Positions 1 through 13,079 of a stretch of DNA of 64,000 nucleotides are shown here, piece by piece. Position 1 is the first letter of the stretch; every line of letters starts with the position of its first letter. The notes below the pieces were generated by a model. That model did no database searches. It saw nothing but the letters and a program-made list of their open reading frames with translations, and was not told where the DNA came from. The stretch lies in NCBI RefSeq assembly GCF_009914755.1, contig NC_060946.1. One strand, given 5' to 3'. A program made the position numbers and the translations under genes. The DNA comes from the human T2T-CHM13v2.0 reference genome, Homo sapiens.

Positions 1-343
1 ACAATTCCTAAAGAGCCATGAAGTACCCCGTTCTCCAGGCTCTGCTGCCACCACCAACTGGCTAAGGGAACTGGAGCGGTTTCTAACTTTGTGGAACCTG
101 TTTCCAGTGTAGAAAAGCATCTGCGGTAGCAAGCACAATGATGTATCCTGTGTTGATGGGATGGATAGGTGGTCAAGAAGGGGCACCAGGACAGTTATGT
201 CCATCCGAGGCTGTCACTGTAAGGAGGACCAATCGTTTCTTGGAGTCTGTAAGGGCTGGGCCACTCCCATTCTCTCCATCCCAAAAGGGACCCCAGAAAC
301 CAAGCAAGCCAGGAGCAGGCAGAAGGCTATTATGTATCATGCT

Positions 344-349
344 TTTAAT
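344..349 (-). terminator. Distal polyadenylation signal ATTAAA of TOB2
   Basis: tttaat on + reads ATTAAA on -, with UGUA motifs upstream and U/GU-rich sequence downstream. Confidence 0.75.
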
Positions 350-730
350 ACAAACTTAAAAAAATCTGGAACAATAGAAACTGTACAGATTTGATCAATC
401 TTTTTGTTTTGTTTTTAAACTAAAATCTCTAAACACACCAATGTCCCATTCCAAAATATTGCACAACATTCTGAATACAAAACCCTTGATTGTATTCCTC
501 CTTCACTAAAGAAAAAAGTTCATGACCCTGCTCCCCGGGCTCCTCTCCAGGCTTGCCTCAATGCCCCCTTCCCATCCCTAGGGAGAAAACTAGAGAATCT
601 ATAACTCACTGCATTGAGAAAAAGACATCATTCTGGACTAACAGTTTCCATTCTTCAGAAGATAATCCACCTTTTGATTTGTTCCTGGGAAAGAGGGATA
701 GATAGAGGATGGGGAAAGGGGAGAAAAGGT

Positions 731-736
731 TTTATT
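731..736 (-). terminator. Candidate proximal polyadenylation signal AATAAA in TOB2 3'UTR
   Basis: tttatt on + at 731-736. Whether it is used cannot be shown from sequence. Confidence 0.4.
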
Positions 737-3144
737 TCTCCTCTTTTTTTTTTAAAGTTTGTTTTTCCTGAAAAAATATGTTTCTCTCATCTTTTTAAGA
801 AAAAATCTTGAAAAGAAAAAAATTATGTTTTTTACGTTAGAAATATACATATATTATATACCTCTTACATTTTACAAATGTAGCAAATTATTCAATACAA
901 ACGGACACCAAAAAATGTAAAAAATAAAAAAAAGTTTTCCTACGAAACCAGGTAAATTAGTGCAGATTTCTGTTTTTGTATTCTTAAAAAAAATAAAATT
1001 GAAGCAAAAATGCCTAGATTTGAGACAAGACAGACTGAACTAGGCCCAAGAGCGCAGCACTGGAGTCATGCTCCTGAACACACATTTTTCTTCGTATTTC
1101 AAAAGACACAAAGGGGTTGGTCTCCCCTCTCTCCCTACATGTGAGAAACAAGCCGACCTGGTGTGGGTGGGTGCCTGTGTGTGTGGATGGGAGGAGGGCT
1201 AGAAGGGGATGTAAGGCAGCATCCAACCTTTCCCAGAGAGAAGCTATCTGCTGGGTCTGTCACCTGTGTGGGAGCCGAGGATGAGGGAAACAAAGGGTGG
1301 CCCAGACTGGGCTGGCCCCTGAGAAGTCTAGGGGAACAGATGGTGCTGGGCTGAGAAGCCAGGACATTGCCTGCCGGGGGAGGTAGAGCTGGTGCCTACT
1401 GCAGGGAGAGGAGGCTGGCAGTGCTGGCCTGGGCTGGACCCACTGCCATAACAGTTGCCTACTTGGGGTCCCTGGGTAGGATGGAGTGGGTGGGGTGCCA
1501 GGGGCTTTGGTGCTTTCTGGTGATTGGGACCCTGATGCCAAGTGCCCACTTTGCAAAGAAGAAAAAGTTAATGACCCTGCTCCCTTGGCTCCTGTCCATG
1601 CTTGCCTGGCCTCCTAGAGTTGGAGGAACAAGCCCTCTCCTGGCAGAGGCAGGAGAGCAAGTGCTCTCCTATGATCCAATACATCAGGCGGGAGTGCTGA
1701 GTCCGTCAGGACACCACTCCTCGCAGCATCAAGGTCCAGTGGGGTTGGGTCAGGGCAGTGAGAAGGGGTGGCAAGAGGTACCAAGAAGCTCTCAACCAGG
1801 CAGGGGCACAAATGCACTCAACACCTCCAAACTAAGAGACCCCAAAGTCTCAACTCCAGGCTCAGGGCTGCCCCCGCACAGACACTAACTCTAAAATCCC
1901 ACCCTGCCTCTCTGCCCACCCCCAAGGGTGCTCAGGTGAGCAGCTCCCTCTGGGCTAAGGCCAAACAACAGGAGGGTTGAAGTCCAGGGACTTCTCATAG
2001 GCATCAGGGGCTTGGGTATTCCCTCTGCCCTTCAGAGCTAACTTATTATTATTTTTTTGGTCAAAAACAAAACTGCAGATCCTTCCACAGTCTGCAAACC
2101 AGTTCCTTCTGCAGTGTTTTCCTCTGGGAGTGTCTTGGGCTAAGCCACAGCGGTGTCACCCCACCACACACACTGCCCTGCAAAAGGACTGCCAATACCC
2201 CCAGCCCATTCCCCAGCCTCACATATAAATAAGGACTTGCGACCCAGAATCACATCCAGAAGGGAAGTTTCACATGGCTTGGAATCCTTTAAAAAAGGAC
2301 AGCAAACCAAATACACACACACACACCCCTCCCTACCCACAACATCCAGCCTGGGGAAGAAGGGGCTGCATGAGGGAAAGAAAGCCCATACACATCAATG
2401 GCCAGGGCCATGATGATGGTCTGGGCCTAGAGGGAATGGTGGGGTGGGGCCATAGGACAGAGATGAAAGGAGTTTCACTAGACGAAGTGCTAATCTCCCT
2501 GTAGTCACAGACATCAGCTCCAGGGGGAGGGTGTCAAGTGGCCAGCCAGCAACTCCCTGTGGCCCAGCCTGAAAGGGAGTGGGGACTGGGGTCAGACCTA
2601 TTCAGGTGGCAGGGCCCGAGAAGGCCTGCTGAGGTTGGATGGCTTTGAGTGCGAGGATAGCTGGGTGACAGAGGCAGTGACACGGGCCAGCCTCTCCCTG
2701 TTCCAGGGAGGGTCAGGCTCCAGCTGCAGCTCTTTCTTCCCTATGAGCTTGGACACATCAATCCTAAACTAGGAGTGTGAAGGAGGAAGGGAGGAGCAGG
2801 GAGCAGCAGTTCACATCTGGACCATTCTTAGCACAGGAAGCCACTCATTAAAGATGTTATATAGAAAACTACATGTAAGAAAAAAAAAAAAGAAAAAGAA
2901 ATATAAAACCCAAACCAACCAAATAAATCACAGGCCGGTGGGCGAGCGGTAAGGGGTGAGTGAAACACACTTGGGTGCTTTGCAGGGCCCTCCCATTCCG
3001 TGCCTGGGCTGGATCTTTTTTCTAGAAGTAAGAGTGAGAAGATCGAAAATCTTTTTGTACATTTTTCTTTTCCTCTTTTTTTTGGCCTTTCCTTTCTCTT
3101 TTCTGTGGTCTTGGGTGCTCCTGGCCCCACGGGCAGGTAGATGG

Positions 3145-4179
3145 TCAGTTGGCCAGCACCACGGGCTGGAACTGCTGGCTGGGATACTGCATGGTGTTCA
3201 GGTTGTAGCTGAGGCCTTCCACAAAGGGTGTCTTCTCCAGGAAGAGGCTGTTGGCACCACCTCCAAATACCTGGGCCATGTCAAAGCTGCTGCTGTTGCA
3301 GGTGCCAGCCCCACTGCCTCCAAACGGGCCTGGGGTGCCGCTGCCCTGGCCATCGGCCGCATCAAAGAAGAGGCTGGGTGAGCCACCACCGTTGTACACG
3401 AACTCCTTGGCATTGGGTGAGAGCTGGGACTGAGGGGCCGGGTTGGCCGTGATGAAGTTCAGTGAATGCATAGACAGAGAGAGGCTCTTGTGCTTCAGCA
3501 GGCTGTTGGTGGGTGAGCGGGCCATGCGAGGCTGCTGTGGTGGCTGCTGGCCACCCGCCCCACTGCTGGCTACACCCCCACCACTTGCTGCCCCGCCCCC
3601 CTTCTTCATCTTAGTGGAGCCAAATTTGGTGGCAGCGAAGGAGGCGGTGGTGAAGGTGATGGGCTGAGCGGAGCGGGGAATGAAGGTAGGGCTGGGTGAC
3701 TGGCCAAAGGATGGCGATGGGGAGTTGGACAGGGAGCTGTCCTGGCTGCCAATGGGCACGAACACCTGGGCGTCAGGGTTGAAGCTGCTCTTGATCTCCT
3801 TGTCCAGCTCTGGGGCACCGCAACCCTCACTGTCATCCAGGTACAGCACTTTCACAGCTCCCTTCTCACCAATCTGGTAGGACACCTCAAAGGGATCAAT
3901 CCAGACACTCAGCTCCTCAGGCACATTGGCCCGCACATCTTCCACTGCCAGGCCACTCCGCTTGGCGGCCAGCTCCACCACGGGGTCCACCATCTCCCCA
4001 ATGTGAACACAGCGGAAGCCAGAGCCTTTCAGTGGCTTCTCAGGGTACCAGTGGCCTTCATATTTCTTTTTCAAAAGCCGCTCTAGCTCCTCCCCAAACA
4101 GGTCTGCCCGGCGCCGGGGCAGCTTGTTGTACAAGTAGGAGATGATGAAGTTCAGGGCCACTTTGATCTCTAGCTGCAT
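3145..4179 (-). CDS. TOB2: Protein Tob2 (BTG/Tob family; CAF1-PABPC deadenylation adaptor), 344 aa, whole CDS in one exon
   Basis: [35 protein letters not shown]...[15 protein letters not shown]...[17 protein letters not shown] is the BTG/Tob domain. Two PAM2 motifs ([24 protein letters not shown]). C-terminus FQPVVLAN. Kozak ACCATG. Confidence 0.99.
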   Translation of the reverse strand: MQLEIKVALNFIISYLYNKLPRRRADLFGEELERLLKKKYEGHWYPEKPLKGSGFRCVHIGEMVDPVVELAAKRSGLAVEDVRANVPEELSVWIDPFEVSYQIGEKGAVKVLYLDDSEGCGAPELDKEIKSSFNPDAQVFVPIGSQDSSLSNSPSPSFGQSPSPTFIPRSAQPITFTTASFAATKFGSTKMKKGGGAASGGGVASSGAGGQQPPQQPRMARSPTNSLLKHKSLSLSMHSLNFITANPAPQSQLSPNAKEFVYNGGGSPSLFFDAADGQGSGTPGPFGGSGAGTCNSSSFDMAQVFGGGANSLFLEKTPFVEGLSYNLNTMQYPSQQFQPVVLAN

Positions 4180-4241
4180 GGTCCTTTCCTAGGCAGAGAA
4201 TCAGCACAGGGCACGTGTACAGCCTTGGGCTCCAGGCGGCT
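4180..4241 (-). other. TOB2: TOB2 exon 2 5'UTR portion; splice acceptor AG at 4243-4242
   Basis: - strand ...ttttctcacggtgcctctcatttcccag|AGCCGCC..., 62 nt before the ATG. In-frame TGA and TAG lie upstream of the ATG. Confidence 0.85.
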
Positions 4242-4503
4242 CTGGGAAATGAGAGGCACCGTGAGAAAATATGCAGAAAGCTGGTGGTGACCAACAGCTA
4301 GGGATAGACAGAAAAGCACCAACTTTGGATCACACAGAACCAGGAGCCTATTTCTGTCCCACCAGTGGCTCATGTCTGACTGTGGGCCCCAGTTTCCTCA
4401 TTAGTAACATGAGGCCATCATGAAGTTAAGGTAGTTCAAGGATATAAACTGCCTCACAGTGTACCTGGCAATTAAAAGGTAATTGATAAAGTTAGCTACT
4501 ATT

Positions 4504-4813
<310 letters not shown>

Positions 4814-5179
4814 CTATTTTAAAGTAATTCTAAAGAAATAGGGAAGCTGTGTTTTCCACCATCTTGAGAATTCAGGTCACTGTATGAATGACACTAAAAA
4901 AATCAAGTCCCTAAATCAGGTGAAGAAGAAGTCTCTTGCTGTCTCTGCAATATCTTGGTGAAGTCGTGCCCCCAAACTGTCACAGACTAAGATGTAAGTT
5001 TAAAATATTTGGTTGTCCTCCTTAAATGAAAAGGGATACAGGTCACTGAACAGGAAAGAGCACTGCCAATTCTTCACTGGGGGCCTGGACTCCAGTCACA
5101 TCCATCTGTCATCATGGGCCCCATGGGTGTGTATGCTGTCTGGTTCAGTCCAGGTTTGCAGAACTGATTTAAGAACTCC

Positions 5180-5723
<544 letters not shown>

Positions 5724-6306
5724 TCATCACTCAGTCTCCCAGGGACTGTCTGACCACCTGTCCTCGGCAGCAGATCAGATTTATCAAGTGTTTTGAGATC
5801 CCCGGAGAGAAGGCAGCCCAAGATAAACACCAGATTGTTATTTTGGGATTCTCTCACAGCCAGATCCCACTGAGGTCAAAAAGGTTTATTCCCTTGGCCT
5901 GGGCCAGCCTCATGTCTCAGGAAGATGATCTGTGAGGTCCTGAGAGCCAGTGATCCTAATCTCATTTTCTCCAAAAGGGCAGCTCCGGGGCTCATGCTGG
6001 GGGAGAAACTGAACTGAAAGAGCCATCTCTGAGAGGAGGCAGAGCCAGAACATGTTCCTAGCCAGACCTCTGGGCAAGGCTGTGCTGCTGAGCTAAGCAA
6101 AGAGACATGACTGCTCCATGAACTGTCAAGGGCATCTTCTGTCCTATGAAAGACTTGGGGCTGGATTTTGATTCAAATCCTTTCTGGATCCAGCTTGAAG
6201 TATCCAGGTGCTAATTTCAGGCTTGGGGATTTTGAGTTTTCTAAACACCTGCCCCAACACATTTCCCTGTAATTCTCAGGCCTGGGCCCATGACTCTTAA
6301 GGGGCA

Positions 6307-6656
<350 letters not shown>

Positions 6657-6749
6657 TTAAGGGGCATTTTTGGGACTAAATCCTCAGAAAAAGATTTCTG
6701 GGGTGAATGTATCAGAGAAGACTCACTGGGTCAATCTGGAGCAGCATGA

Positions 6750-7801
<1,052 letters not shown>

Positions 7802-7871
7802 AAATGTCTATTAATGATCAATACAGACCAATTTCAGGGCTTTTTTGGGTATAAAAAGTAAGGATAGTAGA

Positions 7872-8957
<1,086 letters not shown>

Positions 8958-9945
8958 GTTGTGAGGAAAGTTGATACTGGTTCCCTAGAATGGAACCTGT
9001 TGTTAAAGACAGTGTTTCCAAAGTATTTTTGAAATCTAAAACAGACTGAAGTCAACATATGATACTTCTCCCAAGGTACTGCATGGCCTCTTAAAATGCA
9101 CCTCTTGGTATTTCCACTGAGAGCAAAGGGTTTCTACACCTTTCTAAGCCTCCTCAAACCTGGCTGCATAATTGCCTTCCAAGTTAACTACTCCTGAACA
9201 GTTCGGCCTCAAAATGAGAGCATTTTAAATGCAGGCCAAAGTCATTGGGAAATAAGCCTCCCACCCCAAAATACAATAGAACCACTGTCATCAGCCCTGC
9301 CTAGCTAACCATTTTCTGCAGCATAAGCAACTAAAGCTGCACACCAATTTATACCTCAGTGATGTTGCCGCACAAATAAGGAAGCATATAATGCCACCTT
9401 TGCCTCTTTAATTAGAGAACAGGCTGGACCAGATGGCTGTGGGGTGGAACCTTACAAAAATGATGGACAACCAGAATGAGATTTTCTGCTCTATCAGCTC
9501 AGGCTCTAATTTTGACTGCAAGAAGCTTATGGAGCAGAGGATTAAAGCACTGGTGCTGGCTTGTCTTTAGCTAAAGATAGGAGTGGCCATTCAGAGGAGT
9601 TTGTTCATTTTTTAAAAAGCTATGAGCAAATTCTAGAGCTTATATATAAAATATTTATGGAAGTATGGTAAGATTAGAAAGCTTAGAAATAACTACCTGT
9701 CAATAAAGGGAACAAGTAAAGGGATTCGCTTAAGTGGCTGCAGAGGACACTAAGATCTTTTCTAACCCCAGTGTAGGCACAAACGGCGAAAAAGGGAGCA
9801 AGAAGAATAAAAATGGTGAGGTGTTTAACAATAGCAAAATCTCCCTTTTGTCAACCTATTAAAAAGGGCAAATATGAGAGCAAAATTCTGTCCAATTTCA
9901 CTAAGAATTTTATCCTCACTTGTTTACTTCCAGCAGCAAAGTTAA

Positions 9946-10761
<816 letters not shown>

Positions 10762-11229
10762 GGAAGGTTTTTCAGAAAGAAAATTCTGTTTCAAAGAGGA
10801 AAAGGAGGGATAATGGTGATGGAATCCACTGAGCCCCAAACCCAAAAAGATACTCAGACACCTCTAAGCCTTAAATGTGCAAACTGTCCTACAATGACGG
10901 ACTACAGGACTCAACTAAGTGTGGAGGGGCCAGCAGGTGTCACAGACCGGGTGGATGCGAGTGCCCTGCCGCTGTCCGGGGAGTGAGAGTCAAACGCAGG
11001 CAGCTCCTCTCCTTGGTGAGACACGGGATCCGCCCCAACTCGCTGGTCCCAGAGGCAGCGGCCCAGACAGGCGGGTGTGTATTGAAAGGCTTCCAGGACT
11101 GGTGCTGACTGACTGCAACACCGCGCCCAGTCTCTCATCATCTCCCCCTAGACACAGACCGGTCAACCTTAGGTCTGACAACAAGGCCCCTTTCGGCTAT
11201 GAAGACCCTTTCTAGGGCACTCCATGTTC

Positions 11230-11510
11230 CTCAGGAGCCAGGAAAACTCGACTCAACCCAAACGTAGGCGGAGAGGCGGGCGGTGAGGGCCCGCTCTGCA
11301 CTCTGGGAATTGTAGTCCTCAAACACCTCCGGACCAGGCGATAGCAGGAGTGACCTACTTTCCCTGCACACTACACTTCCCTGAGCACTTTGCGAAGGCC
11401 CAACTGGCCGCAATACGCATGCCCGGTAAGGGGAGCCGACCGAGGGTCGAAGAGCCCAGGAAAAGTTTCCGATGCACATGCGCGCTGAGGCGGGTCGGCG
11501 CCCCCCTCCC
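11230..11510. promoter_or_regulatory. Intronic CpG-rich promoter/enhancer-like element with two divergent ZNF143/THAP11 (ACTACAnnTCCC) motifs
   Basis: ACTACAATTCCCAGAGTGCA on - (11297-11316); ACTACACTTCCCTGAGCACTTTGCG on + (11370-11394); NRF1-like GCACATGCGC near 11475; local CpG enrichment. Confidence 0.65.
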
Positions 11511-13079
11511 ATCGCCTAATACATTTCATGTAGATTCTACCCAAAAGGCCTACTCCCCGTATTGTATGGCCCCACCACATCCTCTAGGCTTTACGAGAGC
11601 CTAACTTTCCCACCTTTCCCTTCATCGCCTCCCATTACTGATGAAACTAGGATCTGCTTCTAATGAGTTTTTTCTGGGTGAAGGGGGTGGGCTGGCTTAG
11701 ATAAGGTCACGACCCCCTTCCCCCCACCCAATCTGAATTCCAGGGCCTGGGCGGTCCGTGTGGGGTTGCTGGATGGACGGTGGATTCAAAGGGAAACGGA
11801 TCTTTTTCACTTAATGCCTAGCGGACTCGGCTCCAGCACCCCAAACAGCCAGGAAAGGAAAGGCAAGAATCAAACCCAGTTCTCCCGTCCTCTCGGCCAA
11901 AGAAATTTCCAGTCAAGCTGTGGGGAGGCGCCAGGCCAAGGCCAGCAGGGCCCAAGCCTCACCCCATTTCTAATCGAAGACTGAGTAACCAGATCCGGGA
12001 GAGGGAAATAGGAAAAGGTTCCCAGGCAGAGAAGAAAAAAACTGTACACCTGACACCTGAGCATCTTCTCATACTAAAATTCTGTGTGTCTCCTCCCATT
12101 GCAAGGTCTGCTTTACGACCAGACTTACCAGATCCTCGGCAAGCTCCCCCGCTGGGTGTTAAACCTCCTTAATCCTTCCTCCCACACAAGCTTCTTTCCC
12201 CCTATGCTTCACGGAGGGATGGGGGTAGAAGCCCAAGAAAGCAATAGGATTGTTTTTCTGCCGGAAAATCAGAGATGAAGGACCCATTCCCAGGGTACGG
12301 TGGGTAAGAAGGAGAAAAAGACCGTTTAGATACGGAGTAGCACCAGAGACTGGCCTCCACCCGTCCCCAAGCTGAAGCTTGCTGTGCGGGGTTCTCGTTT
12401 CTCCTGGGGGAGGGAGAGGGCCTGCCGGCTGTGCCTCCTCTCTGCACCCTCCTTCCCCTCCCAGATTTCTGGTGGTCAAGGGCACAGTTCATCCTCCGGA
12501 CAGGAGGGGAAGGAGTTTGGGGGTAGGGCCCCACCTCGCAGGCACCTTACCAAGATAAGCAGAATCCACTCACTGGCACTGCTCTAAGGGTACTTTTTTC
12601 TGCCCAATTTTCCATTAAAACACTTAAGAGTATAAAGAGCTCAGCCGAAACGGTGAACTCTGGCTCAGTGGCCCAAGGACAATCTCCACTGACCTGTCCC
12701 GTCGCCAAAGGGGGTGTCCACCCTCCACCCTTCAGGCTCCACAGAGCCAGAAATAGAGTCTATTAACAATTACCACCCCCCTTCCCTGCACACGGGAAAA
12801 GAAGCAGAAAAACAAGGCCTGGATCCCCTTCCTTCCTCGGATTTATTTAACGGTGGGGGGAGTTATGTTTCTTTGGAGAACAAGGAAGATCTAGCGAGTA
12901 GCTAGGATATAAAGAACCGGGGGAGGCGGGGAAGGGAGGAAATGCACCCCACCCAGGAGAGGGCCACTCTTGGAACTGGGAGAAAAAGGAGCTCTTGGGC
13001 ACCCCAGGAGCACAGATGGCGTGAGAAGAGGAGCAGGGGAAAGTGGGGTCTGGAGGGAAGCTGGATGGGGAAAGAAAAT

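Larger units (their letters stand above)
330..3144 (-). other. TOB2: TOB2 3'UTR (about 2.8 kb; 3' end approximate)
   Basis: Alu-free stretch after the stop codon with U/A-rich tracts, ending at an ATTAAA signal (344-349 on - strand) overlapped by TGTA. Confidence 0.85.

Noticed and set aside
3061-3105. Resemblance to the MALAT1 ENE U-rich strands (tttttcttttcct...tttttggccttt); a similar look at about 725-820
   Set aside because: It is on the strand antisense to TOB2, low complexity, and lacks the ENE hairpin and downstream tRNA-like element; most likely chance.
1367-3880. + strand ORFs antisense to TOB2 (1367-1888, 2956-3381 and others)
   Set aside because: Mostly non-ATG starts; shadows of the TOB2 CDS/UTR with no domain evidence.
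4180-4241. Possible N-terminal extension of TOB2 from an upstream CUG
   Set aside because: In-frame TGA and TAG lie within 24 nt upstream of the ATG.
12071-12081. atactaaaatt match to U6 snRNA
   Set aside because: Only 11 nt with no flanking similarity; no snRNA, tRNA or snoRNA gene could be supported anywhere in the window.
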